Below are positions 26,796 to 38,732 of a DNA stretch of 64,000 nt, in pieces (position 1 is the first letter of the stretch; every line of letters starts with the position of its first letter). The notes beneath the pieces are model-generated. The model searched no databases. It saw only the letters and a list, made by a program, of their open reading frames with translations, and had not been told where the DNA came from. The position numbers and the translations under genes are program-made. This DNA is from Octopus bimaculoides (lineage: Eukaryota): the NCBI RefSeq assembly GCF_001194135.2, contig NC_068984.1:127445737-127509736 (forward strand), read 5' to 3'.

Positions 26796-28350
26796 CATCA
26801 TCATCATTGCTATCACCATTCTACACCCGTTTTTCCATGCAGCTTATCACTTGTTGTAGCCTGTTATCATCTTCATGAAGTTCAATCTTTCAAGATCACT
26901 TTTCACCACTTTTTACCACATCTTCCTCTGTAGGTTCCTTTCATTTTTAATGCTTGGAAATTCTTTATCCAACTGTAATCTTCCAAATGCATCACCTGAC
27001 CATACCAATACAGTCTTCTCTCTTAAATACTACATCTGGGTCCTCTTATACTCAGTTTTTCTCTCAGAACATTGTTCATATACACTAACATTACACATCC
27101 AGCAGAGAATGTGAACCTCATTTCTTTTCAGCTTTTAAAAAAATCATCTGGATACAATCTGGTCCTCACTCAGAGAGAGAATCTTTTTGTTGCCAGCAGA
27201 AGTAGCAACTCTCATGACTATTTTCATGACACCTTTACTCTAGCTTCTATGTTTTCAGAACATCTATTACAAATTAGAACATCTAGGTAATAGAAGCTAT
27301 CAATAAATTATAGGGAACTCTGAGCATTTGAAGGAATAATTCATAGTTGCTCTTAGTGCTAAGTATCCTTTTGCACATATTACATACAAATCCCTTCTCT
27401 GTCAGCCTTCATGTGATCTCATTGAATCTCTTGTGCATCCATAGTTTAAATTGGTACATAGCATGGAATACCAGCCCAGTATTATTTTATATATCAAGCA
27501 TAGCCACTTCCTAGATGACAACAGAGTTGCCTGATTTCTTTCTTGATAACTGAAATTTCTAACTTTGAAATATTTACCATAAAACCTTTCAGTTCTAGGT
27601 TTTGCTTAAGCTTTTGGAATTTCTTCTCTAATTTTTCAGTAGATTCAGGTATGAATGAGAACTAGACTGTCAGCATACAGATGTTCCTATGCACAAATGG
27701 TCTTAAGCTCCTGTCATGGCCTAGAACATTAAATAAGCAGGATGGAGATAAAGGCTGAGTTTTAAAAAGAGAGCTACTTCTGTGCTAAATTTCTCGCTGA
27801 ACTTGATGAATTGCTTATGAGGAGTGATGTTGTTAAGGAGGTGATATCAAAAAATTTTATGGCAACTACAAAACTACAGAGTATGATACCTTGTCCAAGA
27901 TCATTTCTAGGTCAACAAATGCTCAAAACTTCTGTAAAAGACTCACTGGGTAGTGTCCTTTAGAAACTCCTAGTTTTTTTTCTGTTATTAGTCTCTATCT
28001 CCTCTTCCTTCTGAAAATATGTGTCACATAGTAATTTTTTGAACTTACATCTGACCGAAGAATCTTTCAGCTTCCACATGCTCCTTTTACAGATTATCTT
28101 ATGATCCTGGATTTTCCTAGCTTTTACTCTGTCAATCATCACTTGTCTATGTTCATCAAAGAAAAACTTAGTATTCCTAACCATCTCTCTATCTCATTTC
28201 CTGGTGAGTAAGAAGAGTGTCTACCTTGTGTGTTCATCTGAGAGCTAAGTGATGAGGTGGTTGGTCAGTTTTCTTAAATTAATGTTATAAATAGTAAGGT
28301 CACTTGCATCAAGAAACACCAAAAACCTTGAGCCCTTTTCCTTTTGTTTA
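26796..28350 (-). mobile_element. Old, internally deleted RTE-clade LINE (endonuclease end, RT remnants, 3' tail)
   Basis: Minus-strand remnants of NHLIT..SDEHT and RSMWKLKDS, AFVDLE and LYAD-like segments; ends in GCATGGAAAAACGG...(GAT)n. Confidence 0.75.
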
Positions 28351-28467
28351 GTATAGTCTACATGTAAATCAGACTATTTACTGATGGGCTTCCTCACAGT
28401 TTCACTAATTGGATTCAATTCATTTAGTCAAACCAGGGCTACGGAAAAAAAAAAATTCATGAGAGCA

Positions 28468-28512
<45 letters not shown>

Positions 28513-29622
28513 CAAGACACTCATATATGTGTTTATATTATGGTAGCTATATAAATTAAACTCATACAATAGATTCTGTTTGAACAGATATGTGAGAGGG
28601 TACAAGCAGCCATTAGTAAGATATCTGCCAAGAGACACTAATAGCTACTTATGTGAAAGCATGGCATGAATTTAATTATATAGCTATTGTAAACATAGTT
28701 ATGACTAGCAGAAAGAATAATGAGATGTGTTTTCTTTGGTTCACCAAATTAGTAGTACAGAAAAGAAGAAAATAATAATTCAATTTAATAATCAAATTAT
28801 TATTTTGCTTTTGTAAGTACACAATATTCTAAATTCTAAATATTCAATATTTGATAAACATACACTTCTTTCTAGCTCGTTAGCATAAAAATATAAATAT
28901 TTTCCTTTTTCTGCTACCATGAAATTAATAATCTTTAAAGTCACAAATGTGTTACATTAGCATTTAAAAAAATCCTTAAACACAAACATCACAGAGATAC
29001 TATATTTATCTGAGAACAAGCACTTTTACACAGTTTATATTTATATATAGCATTGTGCTATATTTCTTTCTTAAACACAATAAGGTTAATATGAACACAA
29101 GTAATTGCCGAAATTGGTTCCAAAAAGACAAATGCATTAATGAATGAATGAGCTTTATGAAAGTTTTTCAAACAATCCATCAACTTTTATTTTTGCCATA
29201 GACCAAACACAAATAAAGCTTCAGTAAAAAAAGTGCAAAATGTTTTTTCTGGACAAAAACTACACTTGGAAGCTCAAGAAAATGTTCTCTTCATGCAGTG
29301 AAGTAACAACTGAATCTGCCACAATTATAATTTTATGAGTAGAAATTTCAGTAGAAATGGCATTTTATTCACCATTTTTAAAATCCCCCACAAATACCAC
29401 CAACGTATATTGATTATACAGAAGATGCAAATATACCTGTTGAATCTAATAATCATAGATACAAAGATAATATCTATCATTGAGCCCACTGCAAACTTAA
29501 GACTAAAGAAGATGGAAAACTAGGCAAATACACTACACAAAAGAGGACATAGTCTTTTAATAGAACCATGAGTAACAATAGCAATTGTAGAAAAATATAT
29601 ATTTATTTTATATATATGTAGG

Positions 29623-29965
29623 TACAGGCATGGTTATGTGGTAAGAAGCTTCCTTCTCAACCATATAGTTCTGGGTAGACTCAGTCCAACCAAAGCCTTG
29701 TGAGTGAAAACTGAAAGAAGCCCATTTTGCATATATATATATATTTATTCAATGACCTCACAAGTGCTGGGGCCATGTAAAAAGCACCCAGAACACACTG
29801 TAAAGTGATTGGTATTAGGAAAGGCATCCAGCTGTAGAAACCATGCCAAAGCAAACACTGGAGTTTGGTACAGTCTTCTGCTCATCAGCTCAAGTCAAAC
29901 CATCCAACCTATGTCTGCACGGAAAATTAATGTTAAATGATAATAATGATGCTGGTGATGATGAC
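29623..29965 (+). mobile_element. Family B head joined to a family A tail
   Basis: ATGTGGTAAGAAGCTT...AAACTGAAAGAAG, then (TA)n, then AGGAAAGGCATCCAGCTGTAGAAACCATGCC. Confidence 0.75.
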
Positions 29966-30248
29966 ACCCACATATTGCAATGTTACAACAAACAAAAGTT
30001 ATATGCGTAACAGAAAAATGACTCACTCTTAAGAAAAAGTACAAGAGAAATAGCAACTACCTTGCCACCATTGATTCTTATGCACAACAGAGTTGTATCT
30101 GTATGTGTAAAAGATAACATTAGCAAATAACTCCAGCACCATCTGACACTGAATATGTATGTCCTACTACTACGATACATATATGTATATGGGTGTAAAT
30201 ATGTGTACATTTATGAGTGTAAATATGTGTATATGTGTATAAGTATAC

Positions 30249-30286
<38 letters not shown>

Positions 30287-30679
30287 TTATGTGTTCATGT
30301 GTGCATGCACATGTTTGTGTGTACAACTATGTGTGTGAATATACAGATGTGAATCTGTATGTGAGAGACTGAGAGACAGAAAGAGAAAAACCAGAAATGT
30401 GTAGACAAATTCATTATTTCCTTGCAAGATAATAAAAGGAATACAGGGTCATAAAGTGCAACTTGATGAAACAAGCGACAAGAAGTTTCATGCATGCATG
30501 CACACGCAAGCATACACAGTCTGCTCACATAGACACTCAGCAAAAGCCAAACAAAAGAAAATCAAAACCCAAAGAAGCACACGTATACAAACCCATACAT
30601 ACCATCATACATACACACGCTAAAAGTGTAAATACAGTACTGAGTTTGGCTACGTGACAGACTTGGAGTAATAAGGGTA

Positions 30680-30910
30680 TGCCATTGAGAAGGTAACGAG
30701 TGGCATCAAAAGGACTCTCAAAAACCACCTGTCTGATTAAACAATTAATCAAGCAATTGATTAGTTAATTGGTTAATTAGTTAACAAATAACAGTAATAG
30801 TAATCAATGAAATAGTACCAGTGAGTGTATGTGTGTATTTTTATTGGTAAAAGTTACCTTTCCAAAACACATGCTTCAACAAATGATTTCACATCTAGAA
30901 TCTTGTAAAA
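30680..30910 (+). mobile_element. Family G repeat, preceded by a TG/CA-rich tract (30120-30650)
   Basis: Shared motifs TTATTGGT...ACCTTTCC and ATTTCACATCTAGAATCTTGTAAAA. Confidence 0.6.
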
Positions 30911-31299
30911 GAATTACATGTGTGTGTGTCTGTGTGTGTGTGTGTATGTACATACACACATACATACATGCTGATGAGAGAGAGAGACAAACACATACAT
31001 ACAAACATCAACTAAGTTTATTGATCCCATTTCTCAACATTACACTATATTCTTTTCCTTTGATTCTCAACCACCAGTTAATAGTGACTAGATAACCTGA
31101 AGAGACAAGATACAAGAAATATATAATCCTGATCTTAATGATAGCATTCAAAATGTTAACTCTTTTATTCGGCTGAAAATTCAAACATTATCTTCGATAA
31201 AGTTAGATTTGATAATAACTGAAAACAGATACCTCAGTATTACTCTCCCTCTCTTCATTTTAAGCTTACTTTTATATTTTTCTGATATATAGATATGTC

Positions 31300-31337
31300 T
31301 TTTGCCAAATAAATGCACGTGCATTTATTTGGCAAAA
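31300..31337. repeat. Perfect 38-bp spacerless palindrome
   Basis: TTTTGCCAAATAAATGCAC|GTGCATTTATTTGGCAAAA. Confidence 0.97.
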
Positions 31338-31437
31338 AAAAGAAAAAAAAGAAAATTACCATCCCAAAATATAACAATATCTATTTCAAGACACAATTTC
31401 ACATCAAGAATCTTGCAAAATATTTAAAGATATATAT

Positions 31438-31770
31438 ATCGTCGTCGTCGTTTAACGTCCGCTTTCCATGCTAGCATGGGTTGGACGATTTGACTGAGGA
31501 ATGGTGAAACCAGATGGCTACACCAGGCTCCAATCTGATTTGGCAGAGTTTCTACAGCTGGATGCCCTTCCTAACGCCAACCACTCAGAGAGTGTAGTGG
31601 GTGCTTTTACGTGTCACCCGCACGAAGGCCAGTCAGGCGGTACTGGCAACGGCCACGCTCAAAATGGTGCATTTCATGTGCCACCCGCACAAAAAAAAAA
31701 AAAAAAGGTTTCATGTGTCGCCCGCACATGAGCCAGTCCAGGGGAACCAGCAACGGTCTCGATCGAAAAA
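31438..31770 (-). mobile_element. Family A young copy with a (GAC)n tail variant
   Basis: Near-identical to 1-236 and 36632-36962. Confidence 0.88.
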
Positions 31771-31785
31771 TTTCATATATATATA

Positions 31786-31990
31786 GTCTTTTATTTGTTT
31801 CAGTCATTTGACTGCAGTCATGCTGGAGCATCGCCTTTAGTCGAACAAATCAACCCCAGGACTTATTCTTTGTAAGCCTAGTACTTATCTTATTGGTTTC
31901 TTTTGCCAAACTGCTAAGTTACAGGGATGTAACCACACCAACATTAGTTGTCAAACAATGGTGGGGGGACAACACAGACACACAAACATA
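31786..31990 (-). mobile_element. Family B SINE, 3' half
   Basis: Reverse complement of 23660-23860. Confidence 0.85.
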
Positions 31991-32003
31991 TACATTATAT
32001 AAT

Positions 32004-33218
32004 TAGGGGTTGGACAAAATAATGGAAACACCTAGCATCATAGTGTCATAATTTTGAAATATCTATAAAACCATCAAAAGCTTGTTNNNNNNNNNNTAAT
32101 GGAAACACCTAGCATCATAGTGTCATAATTTTGAAATATCTATAAAACCATCAAAAGCTTGTTTATTTTTATGTTTTTTTATTTATTATTGGTGTTGCTT
32201 AATAAGTTTTGCTAAAGTTGCTGTTTCTTTTCAGATATCATCAAAAAAAGGTAATTAAAATTCATTAAAATGACAGATCTATAAACTCTCAATGGAGTCA
32301 AATTGTTGGTGCTCGTATNNNNNNNNNNNNNNNNNNNNNNNNNNNNNNNNNNNNNNNNNNNNNNNNNNNNNNNNNNNNNNNNNNNNNNNNNNNNNNNNNN
32401 NNNNNNNNNNNNNNNNNNNNNNNNNNNNNNNNNNNNNNNNNNNNNNNNNNNNNNNNNNNNNNCAGAAGAAAACCAAAACTTTCAGACAGGGACCATCAAA
32501 CTCTTATGCGAATTATTAGAAAGGATCACAAAAGTACAGCTCCCAAAATTACTGCAGAGCTTAATGACCACCTCAAGAACCCACTTTCCACAAAAAATGT
32601 TCGCTGGGAGCTGCACAAAGCTGGATTTCACAGGAGGGCTGCAATCAGAAAACCACTACTTTCAAAAACAAACATTGCAAAGCATTTAGAGTGGAGTAAA
32701 AGCCTACAAAATTAGTCCCTAGAGCAGTGGAAGAATGTTATTTTCTTGGACAAGTCATCCTTTACCTTATTTCCAACCACTGGCCGAGTGTACGTGTGGA
32801 GATCAAATTCATCCTATGGTTGTGGAACTGTTTCCAGAGGGAAACACAATCTTTCAGGATCATAAGGCACCAATTCACACAGCTAAAGTTGTTACTGAAT
32901 GGTACGAGGAACATTCTAGTGAAGTTGAACATCTTATCTGGCCACCACAATCCTCAGATCTCAATATTATTGAACATTCATGGTGCATTTTAAAAAAACA
33001 AGTAAGGAGTCGATATCTTCCACCATCATCACTACAAGAACTGGAGACTGTTTTAGCTGAAGAATGGACAAAAATTCCTTTGGAAACAATTCAAGCTTTG
33101 TACGAGTCCATAGCTCATAGAATTCAAGCTGTAATTACTGTCAAAGGCGGTCCCACCCCATATTAAAATTAATTTGTTTGAAATTTTAAGGTGTTTCCAT
33201 TATTTTGTCCAACCCCTG
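32004..33218 (+). mobile_element. Tc1-like DNA transposon with DD36E-like spacing, internally deleted, containing two gaps
   Basis: TIR (C/T)AGGGGTTGGACAAAATAATGGAAACACCT at both ends with TA on the right; peptides AAIRKPLLS, IFLDKSSF, FQDHKAPIHTAK...WPPQSSDLNIIEH and KGGPTPY*. Confidence 0.92.
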
Positions 33219-33344
33219 TATATATATGATGGAGAGAGTAAGCTGTATATATATGATGGAAAGAGTAAGTTAATGTACAAAACATATATTTCATCACTAT
33301 AAACAAATCATTAGCATAGGTTATTCAGCAAAAACTGAACACTC

Positions 33345-33740
33345 ATACATTGTCTTCAAAGGGAGCCATCAAATCAAGTGAAATCATAGTCATGGTCAAT
33401 GCTGGTGTCATGTAGCTGGCACGTGAAAAGCAACTTTAGAGTATTGGGCCTCACGGAGGCAATGACAAATGACTGAAACCTTTGGCAATATGCTGTGTTT
33501 GAGAAGACTCATCAAGCCAACTAGCAGATACTAGTGTTACACAATTAGCACCCATGCTGGTGGCACATAAAAGCACCCATTACACTCTCAGAGTAGTTGG
33601 CGTTAGGAAGGGCATCCAGCTGAAGAAACCATCTTAGTTCAGACTGGAGTCTGGTGCAGCCCCTCAGTTTTCCAGCCCTGATCAAAATATTCAACCCATG
33701 CCAGCATGGACAATGGTCATTAAATGATGATGATGATGGT
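33345..33740 (+). mobile_element. RTE 3' UTR / family A older copy
   Basis: GGTGGCACATAAAAGCACCC...TTGGCGTTAGGAAGGGCATCCAGCTG...(GAT)n. Confidence 0.8.
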
Positions 33741-35504
33741 ACATTCTAATAAATATTATGACCTATAGTTAGAAATTATCAGCAAGTTGTGAAATTATTT
33801 CCTAACCAACATAATTTACACAGAAACTCATTTACTAATATAATTAATACTATAATTTACTATCATAATGTATTACTTGATCTCATTATACAGGAATTAG
33901 GAAAAATGCCATTAAAACTGTTGTAGATGATTGTCATAATAAAACCTCAGACTAAAGAGACATTTTAAATCATACTACGAACCACATTAAAACGCCAACA
34001 CTCATATGTGTGAATAAAACACAGCAGAAACAAAATCAGATATTAAGTGTGTGTGTGTGTGTGTGTGTGCGCACGTTCCTCTCTCTCCACAAGAAATATA
34101 GAAATATAGAAACTAGAAGTGTCCGTAGGGGTAATACAGCCTTTTGTATATGACCATTGAGTCAATTCAGCAGGCATAAACACTGTGTAAGTTAGTGAGA
34201 TTACAGATTCACAGCAGATCATCACTGCATGAAATGTTATATTCATGAAAGGTTAAACATTAATCTCAAGACTAGTAACGTGTAAAAACACTGCAGCAAC
34301 AAACATGCAAAATAAAAACCATACTAGAGGTATGAACAATCCACAATTTTGAAGATAAGAAAAATAAATATAAAGAAAAAAAAAACAAGCATAAAATACT
34401 AAGTATTTTCTTAACATTACTTTATATCATACAAGGTTCAAAGAATGTTATGCTTCACCATGTGTCGGAAATGGTGAAGTTATGTTCAATTTTAGCTTTT
34501 GTAAGTATAATCGCTGTTATAAATTCTTAATTGTATTTCAAACATACTCAACTAGTCGGTATCGAGTTACACATCAAAGGGCATTCGTTTAAAATGTAAC
34601 TAATAAGCCATAATTAAAACTTCTGCCTTTTATAGAGAAGGGATGAAATAAGCAGCATGTATATGTGTAGTATGTATGTATGTATGTATGTATGTATATA
34701 TATATATATATTAGTATGTNNNNNNNNNNNNNNNNNNNNNNNNNNNNNNNNNNNNNNNNNNNNNNNNNNNNNNNNNNNNNNNNNNNNNNNNNNNNNNNNN
34801 NNNNNNNNNNNNNNNNNNNTATATATATATATATATATATATACATACATAAATACACACATAAATATATATATACATACATATATATACACACACATAT
34901 AAACACACACATACAAACATACGTATATACACACATGTACATACAGAGAACAATAGAAAGAACATGCAGAGCAAATAACTGAAATGTTTAACTAACAAGA
35001 ATAGTACTTCATCCAAGATAGAAAAAAAATTTTTAATGTTATTGCCTTTATAATAACAAACAAGCACCAAAAAATTTTAATATTTCAGAAATAAAATCAA
35101 ATATTAAAAGAAAAAAAACTAACTTTGGCCATGACTCCTGCAAAGATATTGTAGAAGCAATGAAGGAGAAATATACCATTATTGTTTATTAAAGATTAAA
35201 TAATACTCTCTGTTGAGTCAAATAACCAAGAAAGTTGCAAATATTCAGTCAGATTAATGGTTCTTCTGAAATTGATTTTTTGCTTATTTATTTGTTTGGT
35301 TATTGCAAGATGCAAATGTGGTATATGTTATGTATATTGGAAGCAGCAATTTTTACTTCAAAAAATGTAATAATCAGGCAACAATTACCTTTTTAACTGG
35401 CTATTAATACAAACCAATCAAATCAATGTTTTATTGTACACACATACACACAATGCACACAATGCACACACACACACACAATGCACACATACACACACAC
35501 AGAT

Positions 35505-35555
<51 letters not shown>

Positions 35556-35909
35556 ATATGGTTGTTTAAAACTGAAATTTGGAGTTGAGTTGAAACTGAT
35601 TTCTAAAATATTATTAACCATAAACTGGAAGTAAAAGCAATGAATTCAAGGAAGGAAGTATTATTAAAATTCTAAGATGACCTTTAGTACACAGTGAGTA
35701 AATTATTTTACAAAATATCAGATCTTCTGCATCGTGTCAATTTTGTATTAAGTTATTTCACGAGAGGAAAATATCTTGTTTTATGTTAACGAATTAATAA
35801 TTTTAACCATTTTTAACCAAAACACAAAAAGTAATGTAAAACCAATATTCACAGTAGCAATAAAGCCACAAATTTCAATAAATAATCAAAAAGATGAAAA
35901 TAAACTGTG

Positions 35910-36320
35910 TCAGGTACATGGCCCCTAATTTTGGGAAGAGAACAGTCATTTATATCAGACCCTAGTAAAAGGATGAAAGGTGAGGTTGAGTTTGATAGAA
36001 TTTGAGCTCAAAGCATAAAGGATGAAACTAAATATTGCCAGGAATTTTCTCCACTACTCTGACAACTAACCACACCTAATAATGATAACATTAACAATAA
36101 CAGTCCTTTCTGTTATAGGCACAAGGCATGAAATTATGGGGCTAGTTGATTACATCAACCCCAATGGTACTTATTTTAACAACCCCCAAAAGATGAAAGG
36201 CGAAGTCAAACTTGGTGGAATTGGAACTCAGAACATAAAGAACCAGAAGATATGCTACTAAGCATTTTGTCTGCTGTACTAACAATTCTGTCAGCTCACT
36301 GTCTTCTTCTTCTTATAGTA

Positions 36321-36358
<38 letters not shown>

Positions 36359-36460
36359 TCTTTCTATTATAGGCACCAGACCTGAAATTTTGAAGGCGGG
36401 GGCTAGTCAATTACATCGATCCCAGTACTCGACTGGTATTTAATTTATCAAGGTTGATAA
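35910..36460 (-). mobile_element. Three head-to-tail family C SINEs separated by (TAA)n
   Basis: Copies at about 35910-36080, 36100-36303 and 36358-36460 (partial). Confidence 0.8.
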
Positions 36461-36461
36461 A

Positions 36462-36509
<48 letters not shown>

Positions 36510-36631
36510 TATATATGACCATATATATATACATATATATGACCACCTGATCAGTGGAGTGTGGCTCTCCTACATGAAGAAGAGCATACACTTTAGTCTA
36601 GTCAAACAAGAACTAGAACAAGGTACAATTA

Positions 36632-36962
36632 CATCATCATCATTGTTTAACGTCCGCTTTCCATGCTAGCATGGGTTGGACGATTTGACTGAGGACTGGT
36701 GAAACCGGATGGCAACACCAGGCTCCAATCTGATTTGGCAGAGTTTCTACAGCTGGATGCCCTTCCTAACACCAACCACTCAGAGAGTGTAGTGGGTGCT
36801 TTTACGTGTCACCCGCACAAAGGCCAGTTAGGCGGTACTGGCAACGGCCACGCCCGAAAATGGTGTCTTTTATGTGCCACCCGCACAAGAGCCAGTCCAG
36901 GGGCACTGGCAACGATCTCGCTCGAAAATCCTACGAAGGCCAGTCAGGCGGTGCTGGCAACG
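36632..36962 (-). mobile_element. Family A young copy with internal subrepeats
   Basis: Near-identical to 1-236; GCCAGT(C/T)AGGCGGT.CTGGCAACG occurs twice plus one variant. Confidence 0.9.
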
Positions 36963-37634
36963 CAAGCAGAAAATTACGACTGAGTTGATGAATGCATTCA
37001 CCACTTCTACTCAACCTTCCAAGGATAGTTTTCCTTTCAGTTCATTTCTCAGTGAGGTTAGCTACAAAGACTATTCTTTAAATACTCAAACATCTTAGAA
37101 TTTGGTGCTTTTAGGAATTTGGAAATATTCTTTACATTTCTCAGCATTTAAGCTGTATTTACAAATCTGTCAAGTAAATTTTTATCAAGCACTAATCAAA
37201 AGCTTCTGGCATTCTTAGTTGAATCTCTTAAATATATTACTGCTACACCTTTCGAAGTGATGACTGACTGATGCTATCGCAGAACCATTAAGTCAATAAA
37301 TATTAAGAACATCTACTAGTAATATTGCACCTCCATGTAAAATATCTATCATTCTTATATGATTGGGTGGCAAAAGTTCATTCAGTCAATAATATCTAAA
37401 AGCTAACAACATATATTAGACTCAAGTAATATGATTAAAATCCTGACACATATAGCTCTCCAGTTCAATAGTGATTTGATAGAAAGTAAAATATTCTACT
37501 AAACAATAAAATCATTAAGCTTAATAAGAATTTTTTTACAGTATTTCTGCTTCCATCATATTAGAAAGAGAAAAAAATACACAAAGTTGATGGAAATAAA
37601 TAATTTCAGTAGATATATTTTATTTGAACAAGAT

Positions 37635-38045
37635 ATGACAGGTGTGGCTATGCAGATAAGAAGTTTGCTTTATAGCCACATGGTTTCAGGTTCAGTCACA
37701 CTGTGTAGCACATTCAGCAAGTGCCTTCTATTAAAGGCCAGGGGTCAAAGCTTGTGTGTGTGTATGTATATGTGTGTGTGTGTACTGTGTGTGTGTGTGT
37801 ACTGTGTGTGTTCGTGTCTCTTTGTCTTGAGGTCAAGTGCTAGTTGTAAACAGTTTCATTTGTTATACAAACACTGCCAATTATTTCCAATAATTTGCTG
37901 ACATAGAGAAATAACACAAGTGAAGCTTGGCAAGAGAAAGGGCATCCAGTTGTAGAACATATACCTCAATAAACTCTGTCTGACCCATGCCAGCATGGAA
38001 AAGTGGACATTAAAACGATGATGGTGATGGATATGGTTAATCTTA
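37635..38045 (+). mobile_element. Family B head + (TG)n + family A tail
   Basis: Same organisation as 1943-2420. Confidence 0.7.
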
Positions 38046-38384
38046 ATGCCCACCCATAGCGAAAGAGAAGTTGAAATAACTTCAAATGCAAATAGCACAT
38101 ATATCAAGACATGATGTACAGTCTACATAATAAGCTTGTGAGTAAGATAATTACTACAGTCAATTGTCTGTTAAAAATGGGTAACCATATAATTAATATG
38201 CATTTAACAAAAAAACATAAGCTTATTAGTATTCTAGGTTTTCAGTGACTACTTCAATCATTCTTACACACACATGTGCGCACACACACAAACACACATA
38301 CACAACTTTCTTTACACCTAGTACATAATCAGTTATATTAACTATAAGAATATATACATGCAATGGAAAGTCATATATGTTTCA

Positions 38385-38551
38385 GTAAGACTCTGCACTA
38401 TCACACATGGCTCCAGTAACACAGGCCACACAGTGGGACTGAACCCAGAACCATATGGTTGGGAAGCAAAGCTTCTTACCAAACAGCCATATCTGCACCT
38501 ATATTCTTTTATTCGTTTTAGTCACACAGCTGCAGTCATGCTGGAGCACCA

Positions 38552-38552
<1 letters not shown>
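38385..38552 (-). mobile_element. Family B SINE fragments (head, plus the 3' tail of another copy)
   Basis: GTGGGACTGAACCCAGAACCATATGGTTGGGAAGC; GCAGTCATGCTGGAGCACC. Confidence 0.7.
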
Positions 38553-38588
<36 letters not shown>

Positions 38589-38693
38589 TAAATGTAAAAG
38601 ACTTTCTCACCTTCCCGAACATCAAACTAAAACACCTACTTGGTGTTTATACACCTGTCTTCGTCTTTTGTTTTTCTGTAAATTTCAACTATA

Positions 38694-38732
<39 letters not shown>

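Noticed and set aside
31501-31831. GC-richer ORFs of 61-76 aa, nearly repeated at 36699-37098
   Set aside because: Antisense or alternative frames of family A repeats
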